Assembly: GCF_009914755.1 (NCBI RefSeq)
Contig: NC_060930.1
DNA: 64,000 nucleotides
Strand: one strand, 5' to 3'
Source: the human T2T-CHM13v2.0 reference genome, Homo sapiens
Both the position numbers and the translations under genes were made by a program. How positions within the stretch are numbered: the stretch's first letter is position 1; each line of letters begins with the position of its first letter. This document shows, in pieces, positions 41,731 through 60,695 of the stretch. The notes under the pieces were generated by a model that searched no databases, was not told where the DNA came from, and saw only the letters and a program-made list of their open reading frames with translations.

Positions 41731-44700
41731 CGGTCTAAGAAACATATAATGAAGCCACTCAGACAAAATAGGTTTCTACTGTTTCGTGTGCTATTAAGAT
41801 ACTTGCTTATTGCCAGTGTGAAAGCACATTATTATTAGAATGCTAAAGATCTTGTGCCTTGCACAAAAATGCTCTGAAATACCCTACTGAAGGGTACACA
41901 GTGTTGACCTGTACACAAAGAAGCATCTTTCTTTGAGACTGTTGCATGGGAATGGTGGTACATTCTGTTTTCTCTTCCTCCACTTACTGTGGAAAGGGAC
42001 TCGGTAGCTTTTGTATCATTAACTGAGACTTGCTTAAAACTGTACACCCAACTTGTCTTTAATTTACCACCTGCTGCATGCCTCTGCACTTCACATCCTG
42101 GGTCTTATTTTCTTAGTAAGGGAAATTTGGCAACCCTCCATTTTTAAAGCAGCTTGACTTGGGGCATTTTTAATAAGGGGATAAAAGGAAATATAGCCAG
42201 TCCCAAACTTTGACAGCGGTCAGTATGGTATAAAGAGTGAAAATATCTTAGGTCCCCTGTGTGAGATTCTATAGTCTTCACAGCGCCGATCATGCTTGCT
42301 TGTGGTACTTACAGAACATGTCACTCGGTCGGGGGTGGGGGGCTCAGTTCATTTGTTCAAACAATAAGCATTTCACAACATTCATTAACCTTAGGGTCAC
42401 TTTTTTAAGTTAAGGAAGTTCAAAGACATTTGTTTAAATAACTGTATGACTGTGACGATAGTTGAAAAAAGCCAGATAGTTGAAAATTAAAGCCAACTTT
42501 GTTTTTAAAATCCAGACTTCGTGGAAAACCAGGAGCTCTGTAGCATACATTTAGAATAAAGCTCCAGCTTTAACTTCTAAATATCCTGGCTTATGTCAGT
42601 CTTTTTGTCACAGCCCTAATGCTCCATAAACAAAGGTGTCTCTTATACTAACAGATGTGGGCTTTGTCTTTAGCTGTCTCAGGGAAGGTTTTCATGGAAC
42701 CTCGAAACTACAAAAACTCCCAAAGTACCCTTGAGCACCTGGGTTACTGTAAAACAAAATCATGTCCCAGAAAATTATGTTTTCAATGCAGGGCTAGTAA
42801 GAAATGAAGTTTTTTTTTTTTGGAAAAAAAAAATGCTGTACATACTTCACCAAATTCCTCTCATCTTCAAAAATGCTTACAAATATAGCTTGTTTCTCAC
42901 AGTTCTCCGGTGAATTATGTAAATACTTCAAATCATCAGTTCTGCTTTTATAGATATGAAACTAAGGCAGAGAAGTTTATTTATTTATTTTTTCAGACAG
43001 CAGCCTCATGCACAGCTTAACTGCACATAAAAAATGTTGCCCTGACATATAAAATCCATGTCTGCTTGAGTATATGCTTGGCCATCGGCCAACCCACAAG
43101 GCATAGGCCATGCCAAATGTGATTTCCATTGGCTTTTATGCAGGGGGAAAGCCAGGCACAGTTTACCCTTTGGGACGCATGCAATATTGTTTTTAGGGAA
43201 ATGTGGTTGTATTTGCCCTGGCCTCAAAGGCTGTCTCACTGGAGGACAGGCTTTGGTCACAGTTTTGGTCACAAAACACAACTGTCCCCATCAGCTATGT
43301 TGAAGCTCTCTGTACTAGGATATGCAACCAGGTGATCAGGGACTGGAAATCAGCTGGAAATTCCAATAGAGGCTCATTAATTAGTGGAGCCCACATATGC
43401 AGGGCATATACTTATATGGCAGGTGGGCAGCAGATGGGGGACAGTGCAAACCTCCAGGAAAAGAACAAGAGCAGGATCATTAAAGAAGCCTTAGCATTTT
43501 CACACAGAGACTGAGCTTGGAAATCCAGTTTCAGAGAAGGGATTGGAGGATTGGGTAGGGAATGTGGACAGATTATAGGGAGAGACCAAGGTAGACACCT
43601 GGCTTATGAAACGGGTCTACAGAAAACATCAGGAGGCCCCCACAGGTTTCATTCTGGCTTCTTCAATTTGGTGTGAATTGACAACAAAGAAAACTCAGGA
43701 GGGCGCGAATGAGTTCCTGTGGATCCCGAGCCCTCTCAGGCCTCCTCGGTGCAGAAGGGCAAATCCTTCCCATAGTTCCTGCCTCTCTCTCTAGAGTAGC
43801 ACAGGACTTGGGAAGCCAGCAGCTACAAGGAAGCTCACCTGTCAAGCACCAACGCTTTATTTTAATTGGTATTTTGCATGAGAATCATTAAATTGCAACT
43901 CTTTCTTATATTTAATCACATTTACTGGCTTTCTCAAATTGAACATACCCCAACCCTTGAATAGTGTGGGATTGTGCAAAGGAATGGAATTAGAGTTGTA
44001 AAAGAAGAATGCAGTTCCTGGCTGAGCCTGTTCTACCTGCTGGTATGGGGCCTTGGGCATATCCATGAGCCTCACTTTCCTCATCTGTAGTTTAGGGTTG
44101 ATTGTACTTGGCTTGAGTAGTAAGTATTATGTAACATAGATTCATTTTGCACCTACGTGGACTTTAAATCTTTGCGAACAGTAGCTCATTTCTTCCTCTC
44201 AGCTACCTCCCAAGGTGATCACTTGGCCCCAGGTCCCCCTGCTCTGGCTCCCTGAGTTCCTGCCTTGCTCACCTCTCACATTTTGCTGTTGTGCACTTGC
44301 TTCTGGCAGCTCCCATCTCCCTCCTTCTAATCTGCTGTTTTCTTCTTTTTGTGTGTGTGGTCTGGGAAACCAAATAATCAAGAGTGTTATCCTTTTGTTC
44401 AAAATGATAGTACACAGACCCCACTGAGGCCTTGGGCAGTGTATGATTCACTTGTGTGGGCTGGAGTTTGTGAATTTTTTACATTTATTCGGGCCGAGTT
44501 GCAGTTCGGTTGATTTCCTGGTTCTTGACATAATGGAGGTGGACAGCTAGGTTATATCTTTTAATGTTTCCTCATCATCCAATTTAGAAATCTCCAGAGA
44601 TCCTGCCCAAACCTCAGGATAAAATTCAAGCCCAAAACGTCACACAAGGCCCCTGTGTCACCAGCACTGTCACCACCTCTGGTCATGTAGTCCTAGGTCC

Positions 44701-45699
44701 CAGCTCCCCAGACTCTTCCTCTCATCCCAAGTACTGTGTGTTCCTGCTGCTTTGCTTGGCAATGTGCTGTTCTCCTCGCGTACATCTGGTCTCCCCACTG
44801 GCCAGGAAACTGCTCAAGGGCAATGTTACCTTACCGTTGGTTTCCTTAGTCCTACCCCAGATGTGGCACACAGTAAGTATTTAATGCATGCTGGCTGACT
44901 CACTTCTTCTGCCATTGTTACCAAGCTACAGAATGTTCTATAGAGCACAATGATGTATATAGACCATCTCATTACATAGATTTTAAAAATATTTAAGGAG
45001 AAAAGGACAGTTTAGAGAAATGTAGCCAAATGCAAACGATGCAAAATGCAGCTTAATGAGGTTAGTAAAAATCCTTATCAACCCAGAAAAGTCCTTGTGA
45101 ACCTTGATTTTTTTTTGTGTGTGTTTGACATTAAACCAAATTTAGAATTTAAAAATATATATTTTGTAGGGATTCCTTGCAGGAGAAGATAGAACATGTA
45201 ATAATTACAGTAACAAGTGTATTGAATTTGATTATCTCATGAAGGAAGATGTACCATATACTTTAAAAAAATGTTCTCAAGGAAGATTTGATTATATCAA
45301 AGGCATAAGACCTGTGAAATTTGGCCCTAAGTTGAGGAGTACAAAGAAGCCAGCCTTCACCTAAAGAAGGCTCAGTCTAGTGACATTGTTTATCCATTTG
45401 CTTTGAACTTTTCAGATTACCTTCCCTAACACTGATGTCAAATATGCCGGTGAAGAGTTTGAATAAAATGTTTTCAGGAAATGTGAGAGTGGAAAAAAGC
45501 AATTTTTAAAAATAGCATATTTTTAGACATGATTTAGTATATGTATTTTAAACTAAATTAATAAATTAAATATTGTTATAAGAAAAAAGCCAAATTACCT
45601 TCCCTAGAAAAAGAAATTATTTTCAAACTCCTAAAATGTATTAGTATATTTAAATTGTCCCTTGCTCTTAATATATGGAGAGAGAAAAAAATGTCATCA

Positions 45700-46029
<330 letters not shown>

Positions 46030-46412
46030 TCATGGGAGTACAGCATACAAAGTTGGTTTTATTTTTATAAAAACATTTTGTGTGTGCATAGAGCAATGCT
46101 CAATCCCTGAAGAATAACAGAAAGAATAAAAGGTGAATTTTTATATTTTACTCTAGACTTTTCTATTTTTGGTTTTGTTTGTACAGTCATTGTGTCCTGC
46201 TTTAAAAGCCAATAAATTATGTTTTAATCAGTTAACTGGATAGCAGCACATATTATATTGTCTTACCATGTATGATGCACAATATTCTGGGTACACTCAG
46301 AGCACCCCCATAATAAGTTGCTAATGACATGGGTCCCTACCCCAGAGTAACTTGGGGTGAGTGATATGAAGACCCTGCCTCCCCACCCACTCCCCACCCT
46401 GCCCCAGTGTAA

Positions 46413-46784
<372 letters not shown>

Positions 46785-47247
46785 AAAATCTTGTTAATTC
46801 TTATGACCAAGACGCAGTCATAGTTACTAATTCATATTCACACAATATCACCACAACATGGACATTTCAACTAGATTTTCTTCCACCTTCCTAAATTGAG
46901 GACAGACTTGAGGCCAAAATCAGCAATTTGGGATTATATCACCACTCTTTTTTAATGTTGTGGGAAGCAGTTTATTTTCATGGTATGCGGCTTTTTTCAC
47001 ATGGCTAAATTCCAGCCTGTGTCTGCTTGGATGGGGACATGTGTTCAATCTGCCCTTGAGGAGCTCCAGGCCTAAAGCTGGAACCCCAGGGTTGCCCTGG
47101 ATCAGCTGAGGTGGTTACTAGAGAGGCTGAGTGTGTAAAGGCTTGGCCAGGATGGTAAAGCTGCGTTTGTCATTGTGCCTACAAGCTGAGTACAGTGTCA
47201 GATATCAGAGATGGAGACCACAGCAAAGAGCTGATAAAGTATAGTCA

Positions 47248-47550
<303 letters not shown>

Positions 47551-48049
47551 GTATAGTCAAGGAATATGGTGTTATGAATATTTGCTGAGGGCATCATGTG
47601 ACTATCGTTTAAAATACAGTCATGTATACGTACAATAGAATTAGATAGTTTCTGTGCCAGAATTCTTATTTATTGTGAGATATATCAAATTTTTACTTGG
47701 TGATTCAGAATTTAAACTATATCACTACCTGTACAGTTTATTCAAAAAATAAATATTTAAGTTATAAATTTATTAGTTATTTATAACTTAATCTTTATAA
47801 GCAAATATTATTTATAACTTAAGCCACATACCATGAAAATAAACTACTCACAACATCAAAAAGGATAATAAATATTATTGATAACTTATCGAATAGGTAA
47901 TTGCTGCATATTGATTTCCATTTCCCCTTGTGCGGTGTGTCTCCAATAGATGTAATATCACCAGTGACTGTGGGAACTTTGCAATTTGCTAAAAATAACT
48001 GATGAAGCTTATTAGTTCTTATTTTCTTTGTTTATCATAATTTTAGAAT

Positions 48050-48300
48050 ATAATTTAGTTGAAAGACATATTTAGCAAATATGAATTGAGTGCCTACTGG
48101 GTCAGGCACTCTTCCGGGTGCAGTGAATGGGGCAGTGATGAGACACATGGAGTCCCTGCTCCCATGGAGCTTACATTCTATTGAAGCCAACAGACAGTGA
48201 CCAGATCAACAAGTAAATGTATGATAAAATGCCAGGAAGTGGTAAGAACCATGAAGAAAGGTAAAGCAGAGTGGTGGGGCAGGGACAACTGAAGAGCTCT
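48050..48300 (-). mobile_element. L2 3' fragment
   Basis: TTGAGTGCCTACTGGGTCAGGCAC..GTCCCTGCTCCCATGGAGCTTACATTCTA. Confidence 0.75.
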
Positions 48301-48633
48301 TTTAGGTAAGGTGAGTTTCTTTCCAGTGACTGGCCATCTAAATGTGACTGGGTTACAAAATTTGGGAGATTTGCAAGCATAGCTTTGTAAAACCTTCTTT
48401 GATCAGTTTGGTGCAGTTTCAGGTGAACGCTATTTTTTATTTCAATTTGCTTAAATGCTTTTAAGTTTTGTGCTGTTTCAAGCTTCAGGAAGTGGCCCAG
48501 TTCAAAGAAAGATGCTAAGAATTTTACCTTGTTTTGTGTGACAACAGAATGAAGGCACATAATTACACCGACTATCCCTTACCCCTGCCAAACCTTTAGT
48601 GGCCCAAATTGGTTTAAAATTTAGCACAAAACC

Positions 48634-48952
<319 letters not shown>

Positions 48953-49879
48953 TTATCAGAAGATGTTCCCATGTCTTAAGAAAAACCTTGCAGTATTAAG
49001 GTGGCAGCTTGATTACACAAATAATAAATCATGTCTTCCTTAATAACAAAGACCTGTTGTTTATCCTTATAGAGACCAAATTAACACGTTTATTTCGGGA
49101 AAACGTTGCTCTTAAGAGCTTCTGCCTGCCTGTGCTATGTACACCAGGGGCATGATGTGAAGCGTGTCAATTAAAGAAAGACAGGGAAGGGTTTTAGCAA
49201 AGACATTAGAATTTAAACAACCAAGGAGATTTTCTTTCAGCTATCACATTGAGCAGGTATATATTCAATTTAATATATTGATATTACTCAAAACAAGTTT
49301 GGAATTCCTCTTTTAGAATTGTCTTTGGAGCTACTTTACAAGACAAACTAAAACGTTAGGTTGATTATTAGTGCTTTCCTTTGCCAACTTGGAGCTTCCT
49401 GCTCAGTGTATGTCAATAGATTAGAACTATTTCTTACCCTTGAGACGCCAACACTGTTGTGAGGAGACCGATGAGACATAGAACTGGAAGTGCTTAGGTA
49501 TCTATGAACCAAACAAGTTAGAAGGTCCAGGAGGGAAGTGCCACTTGGTGATGTAGGGGAGGCTCCAAGGGTGATGATATTTGGGCTGGGATGTTTGAAG
49601 AACAGGTTCAAGTTTGCTAGGCAGAGGGAAATGTGAGTCTCTAACTTTGTAGCTAAACATTATTATTTTCAAAACTAAGATAGCTTTACTCAGTTCGATA
49701 ACTTGCCTTATTCATCAGACTTAGACCAGAATGATCTTGACTAATTTAAAAAAATTTGTGGAACACAGATATTTTATACCATTTAATTTCATAAATATTT
49801 ATTGAGTTCCTAATTATGGGTAATATACTCAGCTACTACGTCAGTTAGCCTTGCGGAATTCAAGAGTCTTTCCCCATCT

Positions 49880-50656
<777 letters not shown>

Positions 50657-51175
50657 TGCATTAGTTTCCTATTGTTGCTGTAACAAATTGCCACAAACTT
50701 TGTGACTGAAGGCAGCATATATTTATTACCTGACAGTTCTGGAAGTCAGAAGTCTAGCAGTCTAGTGTCAGCAGGGCTGCATTCCTTCTGGAGGCACTGG
50801 GGGAGAATCTGTTTCCTTGCCTTTACCGACTTGTTAGAGGCTGCTGGCATTCCCTAGCCTGTGGTCCCTTCTCCTAGGTTCTAAGCCATCAGAGTAGCAT
50901 CTTCTCATCTCAGACCTCTGCTCCTGTCTTTGCACCTTCTCCCTCTGACTCTGGCCCTTCGCCTCCCTCTTATAAGGACCCTTGTGATTACATTAGGCCC
51001 ATCCAGATAATCCAGGGTAATAGCCTCATCTCAGAATCCTTAATTTAATCATGTCTGCAAAGTTCCTTTTGCCATATAAGGTACCATTTATAGGCTCTAG
51101 GGATTAGGAGGTAGATATCTCAGGGCAGGGAGGGGCTGAAGGTGGGGGAAGAGGGAGATCATTGTTTACCCTACC
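50657..51175 (-). mobile_element. MLT1C/D-type MaLR LTR
   Basis: TGCATTAGTTTCCTATTGTTGCTGTAACAAATTGCCAC..CTTATAAGGACCCTTGTGATTACATT. Confidence 0.85.
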
Positions 51176-51304
51176 CATGGTCTTTCTCACTTGAGCAAAG
51201 TCTGATTTCTTTAGCAGTGCTGGTCACAATCCTCACTAGGCTAATATTTTCATTATTCAGTTTACTTTCTGGCCAATGGGAAAGAAGATGAATGTTTAAA
51301 TGCA

Positions 51305-51306
<2 letters not shown>

Positions 51307-51353
<47 letters not shown>
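51307..51353. repeat. Pure (AT)23 microsatellite
   Basis: Uninterrupted 47-nt AT alternation. Confidence 0.97.
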
Positions 51354-51354
<1 letters not shown>

Positions 51355-52612
51355 TGCAAATCCTTGAGGGCAGAGATGGCCTTATTCAACTCTTGATCTC
51401 CAGTACCTAATAGAGTTCAAGTCACATGTTCAGTAAGTACAGAAGATAATGGTGGTGAGTTATATCCTGAAATGAGGGAGGGTATCATTTTATAGTTTTC
51501 TTAAAGATGTCCATAGAAATAATAAGATTCTGTAACTCCAAATACAAATACAGATCTATTATATGAAAATCATATTGGTCATATGCCCTCTCCCTAAGCA
51601 TCTTCTGGAGGGGGAAAGAGATAGACATCTAACCACGTCTGCTGAGGGGGACAGAATTTTACCATCTGAGAAAGAGCAGAACATATTTTTGGCACTCAGT
51701 CTAAATTTTTCCTTTCAGTGGTATTTTTAAAACCACGTGAAGTTTCAGCATTTGAATTATTATCAAGCTCCACATTGGACAAGGAATTAGCTAAATATTA
51801 AATTAGGTAATTTGGGCTTTATTCCAAACTAACCAGTACCTCACGGTGATGGAGAAATACAGTTTGGCATCCTAATGGTACCTCTACAAAATGTCCTTGA
51901 GTATTGCGATGGAAGCTCATACAAATTAGTGAGAACTGTGGGTGTGAGTAGGTTGAAGATTTTACTAGCCACTTTATGGAGTATGAGTATGCTCCACCGT
52001 GTAGGTGGCCCTTAGCTTGAAATATTGTGTCACGGTACATAAGTACTGTGGAGTTGTTTACAAGTTGAGTGTGCTGCCAAGAGGAGGAAAAAATTCCAAG
52101 GAGATGCGTATTGAGAGGGAGCCCAAAACAGAGCAGTGCGCTCTTCCATGATGAGAATGTCAAGCCCTGAGATAATGAAATTCAAATGAAAGGAGCGGTC
52201 AGGGTGCTGCTCAGCTTCGTTTGGAGTGTTCTGTGTCGTGTGTTATTCATTGCTGGGAACAACCTGTAAAATGTGCCATCTGCAACATGTGGCATCATAG
52301 CCTTCGTGAGTGAGCAGATGATGTGATCCAAGCTGCCCTCTGAAAAGCAATCAACAGTATTACAGCTCTTCTGTTTTCATCTTCTTGTGGTTCACAGTTC
52401 TATTAAGGTAATCTCTGTGACAAGAAGAAGATGAAAATCTTGGATACATGACCAAAATAACTTTAATAGTGGGATTTGAGTCATTCTTAATATTATAAGT
52501 CATTATATTTCATAATTATAATTCATAATATTAAGATAAATGTTTATAAATATTATTTGAATGAAGATCAAAAAATTAAAAGACTTTATTTACTATCATT
52601 TAAAATATTTTC

Positions 52613-52978
<366 letters not shown>

Positions 52979-53409
52979 CTATAGTAAGGCATATTCCTTC
53001 TGGCTACCTTTAGAGGAAATTTAAGAAATAATGTTAATATACCAAATGTTTGACTTGATGACATGTTTAAATTAAATACAATTGTAGAATCTCTATAACT
53101 ACCTACCAGTTTTATCCAAATTGTATTATTAATCTGAAACCTCCATGCCTTAATTATAGCTCAAAAACAAATTAAAAGTGTTGTGATAACTGTTATTGAC
53201 TCAGTAAACAACTATCATTAATCCTTCATAGGGTCGTTGCAGGATTAAATGAGTTAACCTTTCAAAGCCCCATTCCTGACACATTATTTATAAAATGAAT
53301 AAAAATCATGGTAATGAATTCACTCATCCAACACGCTTGGCAAGGCAAAGTAAATTCCTTTGTTTAATTGAAACTGAACAGAGCAGGTCTACATCATACG
53401 TAATTCACA

Positions 53410-54749
<1,340 letters not shown>

Positions 54750-55119
54750 CTCCCAACCTGGCCCCCTGCCCCTCCCTGGCCCTGACTCTAAGCAGATGGT
54801 CAATTTGCATTGTTCCAGAAGTAGAGAAGCAGGAGTACATCAACTACAAGGAGAGCCTCAAGCTGCCTTTTTTGTTTTCCCTATCTCGAGCACTGCCTCA
54901 AACTCACCTAGGGAAGGCTGCTGCTTTGAGGTCCACATGATATTGTTCTTTAGACTGCTTCTATTTGGGGAAGAATAAGAATATTTTTAATATTCTATCT
55001 TGTATTTTACCTAAGTATGTATGTCATTTTAAAGAAACTATTTAGATACCCCCGCCACCAATTTATTAAAATAGGCTAGAATTTGCAAATAAAGGCAAAT
55101 AAATGTGTTTGACTTTTTA

Positions 55120-56552
55120 AAAGTTAATGAACTTTGTTTTTTAGAGGAGTTTTAGGTTTACAGCAACATAAAGAGCAAAGTACAATGAATTCTCACAGGT
55201 GTCAGGGGATGTCTCCCCCCGACTACGGACATCCACCACTAGAATGGTGGATGATTTGTTAGAATCAATGAAACTACATTGACTCATCATTATCACCTAA
55301 AGCCCAACATTAGGGTTCACTCTTGGTGTTGTACATTTTATGGATTTTGACAACGTATAATGACATACATTCACTGATACAGTGTTATATACAGCAGTAG
55401 TTATATACAGTAGTTTTTCTGATCTAAAAAATCCTCTGTGCCCCACCTATTCATCCCTTTTCCCCCCTAAATCCTGGCAACCACTGACCTTTTTACTGTC
55501 TCCATAGTTTTGCCTTTTTCAGAACATCATATAGTTGGAATCATATGGTATATAACCTTTTCAGATTGGCTCCTTTCACTTAGTAGTATGCACTTAAGGT
55601 TCCTCCATGTCTTTTCACGTCTTGATAGCTCATTTCTTTTTAGCACAGAATAATATTCCACTGTCTGGACATACCACATTTTATTTATCCATTCACCCAC
55701 TGAAGGACATCTTGGTTACTTTCAAGTTTTGTCAATTATGAATGAAGCTGCTATAAACATCTGTGTGCAGGGCTTTTTGCTGACATAGTCTTTCAGCCGA
55801 TTTGGTTAAATACCAAGGCGTGCAATTGCTGAATCATAGGGTGAGAGTATATTTAGTTTTATAAGAAACTGCTAAACTGTCTTCCAAAGTGGCTGTACCA
55901 TTTTGCATTCCCATCAGCAAAGAATGAGAGTTCCTGTTGCTCCACGTCTCTACCAGGATTTGGTGTTGTCAATGTTCTGGATTTTGACCATTCTCAAAGA
56001 TGAGTAGTGGCATCTTGTTGCTTCAATTTGCAATTCCCTATCGGCATATGATGCTGAACATCTTTTCATATGCTCACTTGCCTTTTCCACCTGTATATCT
56101 TCTTTGGTGAGGTCTTCCTTTTTAGTGAGGACCTCTTTAGAGAGACCTTCTGTTCAGGTCTTTTGTCCATTTTTAAATTGGATTCTTCATTCCCTTATTG
56201 TTGTGCTTGAAGAGTTTATATTTTGGGTAACCATCATTTATCAGATATGTCTTCTGCAAGTAGTTTTTCCCAGTCTGTGGCTTGTCTTCTCATTATCTTG
56301 ACATTGTCTTTCAGAGAGTAGAAGTTGTTAATTTTAATGAAGTCAAGCATATTAATTATTTATTTCATGGATCATGCCTTTGGTGTAGTATCTAAAAAGT
56401 CATTGCCATACTGAAGGTCACCTAGATTTTCTCCTACGTTATCTTCTGGGAATTCTGTAGTTTTGTACTTTATATTTAGATCCATAATCGATTTTGATAT
56501 TTTATAAAGGTCTCTGTCTAGATTCATTTTTTCGCATTTAGATGTCCAGTTA
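55120..56552 (-). mobile_element. L1MC/MD-type 3' region
   Basis: TTTTAGGTTTACAG..GGGTTCACTCTTGGTGTTGTACATT..CCAAAGTGGCTGTACCATTTTGCATTCCC..AGATTTTCTCCTACG. Confidence 0.85.
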
Positions 56553-58007
56553 CCTTTTGAAGATGAACTTTGTAAGATGAACTATAGATTTAAGATGAAA
56601 GTAAAAACGGTCCTCGTTTAGAAGCCAATATTTTACTTAACAAGGCAGTATCATAAAATGACTATGATAATTATATTTTATCCTACTTTTACAAAATACT
56701 AGTCAGTGCAGGTATGCCTACTGACATCATTTTTACTGTACTACGGCAGGTCTTCCAACAGGGAAGTAAAATAATCTCATGTAGAAAATGGCCTAGAAAA
56801 TGTTAAGCTCTGAGTCCCATGTTGGCCTTTTGCAGTGTGATAACTTTCAGAACAAGATTTCTTTTTCCTTTTGCAGCTAATCCAACAATAAAAATATAAT
56901 TATGGAATTGCAACCTCTTTGGGAGAAGGTCCTAATATATGTTCTAAGTTCTCTTCTGGAAAGTTACATCTTAAGAATGTACCGTTCCTTTCAAAGGCTA
57001 TAATTAAACAATATGTTTTCCTGCTGCCTGATCTTGCCAGAATAGGAACACTTAGTCCTTTTCATTTAATAAGAGAGCAGTTTTGCTAAAAATGAAACTT
57101 AATTTTAAAAATTTTGATATGTGCCATTGTATATATTTGAAGATGGTATTTATATCCTCAGAGGTTATTGAAGAAGAGGTCATCTGATTTTAAACAGAGG
57201 TCTTGGTGCCAGCTGTGCCTTGTGCTACTGATCAGTTTGTGTTCATTGTACCATAAGTGTTTACAACAAAGGAGTCTGATAGTGAGGATGAGCCAGTTAG
57301 ATCATTTATCTCTGGTTTATTCCATTGGAGAATGAGGCTTGGATTCATGCCAAGATGATAAAAGACAATAGTATCTGTGTTATAAGGTGTCAGGCTGATG
57401 ACTTTGTAGTTGGGCATATGCAGATAGCTTCAGGCAGATCTTGGGTAATTTGCATACCACAAATATTTGCTCACCGTCTATGGCTAGCAAATGAAACAAA
57501 TACCACAGCAAATATAAAACCTGGCCTTGCCTTCATGGGATCTCATAGCCACAAATTAGTGGGGCGTCACAAATTTAAAAATCAGCACCAATATTTTAAA
57601 TCATTTTCTCATTTTTTTTTTAGAAAGGAAAGACTAATTTAGATAGCCTGAGGAACTGAAGTAATTTCTACGCACAGAACATGTATCTACTCTAAGAAAA
57701 ATGAACTTTCTTAGGGTCACTATTATCATTAAGATGGTGCACAAATATATTCAAAAGCATGACATTTATCCTCTCCACATTCTTGTTCTCTGCAGATGGC
57801 ATGTGTTACTTTATCTCCATTAGTATATCTTTTCTTTTTAAAACCCAAATTAGATTATACATATTGTTACATCACAATAATTTTTCACTTAACAGTATCC
57901 ATTGGATATCTATCCATATTGATATACATGGATATTTTAAATACTATTCCATTATTTGCATGTACTCAAATGCATTTAACTAGTTCATATTGACGGAGCA
58001 TTTAGGA

Positions 58008-58035
<28 letters not shown>
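58008..58035. repeat. (TG)n microsatellite
   Basis: ~14 TG units. Confidence 0.95.
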
Positions 58036-58042
<7 letters not shown>

Positions 58043-58591
58043 TTACAAAAATGCCACATAAAGCACACATTTCAGAAATCTTCAGTTACTTAAATAAATG
58101 TAGGACAAACTCTTCAAAGTTGGAATTGTGGGATCAAAAGTACGTAGCTTTAAAATCTTGATAGATACTGCCGAGTTGTCCTTCTAAATGTTTCTAACTA
58201 TTTATACTCCCACAGTCAGTGTATGAGAGTGCCTCTGTTTCCCACCAACCTCAGCAACAATTAATATTAGCAGGCCTATAAATCTTTGGCAACCCAATAG
58301 GTGAAAAATCATTTCTAATTATTGTTTTAATTTGTTTTGTCTAGTGCCAGTCGTATGTACTTCTTTTCTGTGACCAACTCTTCATTCTTAGCTTTTCCCC
58401 ATTTTACTTTAAGGTCGTCTTGTTGATTTATAATGGCTCTTTATATTAGGGATATTATGCCTTTATCATGAATGACACAAATGCAGGCCTTTTTTATTTG
58501 TATGTAAATAAGAAAGCTTTTCATCTTTATAAGCTTTTTATTTAAGGCTTCTAGATTTTGTATCCCATTTAGAAAAGCTCTCCCCTTCCTA

Positions 58592-58973
<382 letters not shown>

Positions 58974-59946
58974 TTATATATATTTTATTATATATGAAAT
59001 GTATTTTTACATAAGGGGTGAGGTTGGGATCCCCATTTATTTTCTTTGCCAATGCGCTTCTACACATCATTCATTAATTTTCTGATTCATTTGAAGTATC
59101 ACCTTTGTTACATATTATTTTCCATACACGTTGAGACCTATTTCTGAATGCTTTATATCAGTGTTTTTCAAAGAGTAGCCAATAAATCACTTAAGGTTGT
59201 CTGCAGTCTATCAGGCAGTCTATAGGCAGTTGGATTCCAAGAAAAATGTTATTAAACTATTTGATTCACAAATTTAAAATAGAAGATAAATTATTACTTT
59301 CACAGAAATTCCATGCTTTCTTAATTATTTTCATGCCTTTAAACATTGCCCATGCATTAGCTCATCTTGGGTAGCATATATTTAACAGGATAGATTTTGC
59401 CATGAACAATGAATTTTCAGGTCATTTGTATATTATTATTTTCATTATGAAATTTGCTTCTTATTTCTGTTGGGCTATGATACATACCCAACTCACCAAA
59501 CAAGATGAATGGCTTCAAAGTCATTCATTAAAGCATAAATGTCGAGTCCTTTTGGTTGTCTCATATCTTAGTACCTTTCTCATGTAGATGAATATAATTC
59601 TAGCTGAAAGTGGAATAGATCTTCCCTCTGCCATCTCCTGGCCATCAGCCCTTGGGCACATGGCCACATGGCCCTAGGTGTCACCATTAGATGCTCTCAA
59701 TCCAGATTCTCAACACGAGGGTTGCCATAAAGGTACAGGCCTGAAGAGATTTGCCATGGTGGCCTTCAGTGGTAGGGATGGAGTGTCCAGGGGTTGCATA
59801 GTTTGGCAGCGTGACTAACCGGGGGTGGTGCAAATGGTGGTGTGCTAAGCATGTGGTTCTTCTGAGGGATCCTTGCTGTGCCTTGCTCCCTTGTTTTTGC
59901 TCTAACCTCAATTCCATGAGCCACTCAATATCCTTCCAAATAATTT

Positions 59947-59996
59947 TTTTTCTAAGTTAACCATTCTTTTGTTTTTCTAAGTTAACCATTCTTTTG
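59947..59996. repeat. 25-bp tandem duplication
   Basis: TTTTTCTAAGTTAACCATTCTTTTG x2. Confidence 0.9.
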
Positions 59997-60169
59997 TTGT
60001 TTGAAAAAAAAAAGAAAGGAAGAAAAGGAAGGAAGGAAGGAAGGAAAAAAGGATGAAGGAAAGTAAAGAGCACAGGAAACGTAACAATGATATTTAGTTT
60101 TTCTTGGACTGGTAGCTTATCTATTCCTAGTCCTCAATATGTTCTCAGTAAGACTTTGCGAAATTGAAG

Positions 60170-60695
60170 TATATTCATTTTCTATGTTGCATAACAAATT
60201 ATCACAAATTTAGCAGCTTAACACAACACATATTAACTATGTCACAGCTTGTATGGGTCAGGAGTTCAGGCACAACTTAGCTGGGTCTTCTGCAAGGCTA
60301 CACTTTAGGTGTTGGGCAGGACACAGTCCTCATGTGGAGGCTTGACTGGGGAAAAGGGACTGGTCCCATGTTAGCAGAGTCAGTTCTTTGCAGCTGCAGC
60401 ACTCATGGCAGCTTGCTTCTTCAAAGCCAGCAAGGAGAGCAAGGCTCTAATGCAAATCTGCTGTAGCAATGGGAGTCTTTTATAACATAATACAATCACA
60501 GGAGAAACATCCCTTCGCCTTTGGCAAACGTGATAACATAGTCATGGGAGTGACATCCCGTCACCTTTGCTATGTTCTAGTTGTTAGAAACAAGACACAG
60601 GTCCCACCCATACTTAAAGGGAGAGGATTACACAAAGGCTTGAACACCAGGAGGCAGTGATCATGGGGGGATCATCTAAGTGTCAGTCCACCACA
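60170..60695 (-). mobile_element. MLT1E/F-type MaLR LTR
   Basis: TTGCATAACAAATTATCACAAATTTAGCAGCTTAA..GGGTCAGGAGTTCAGGCAC..GTGACATCCCGTCACCTTTGC..CCACCACA. Confidence 0.8.
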
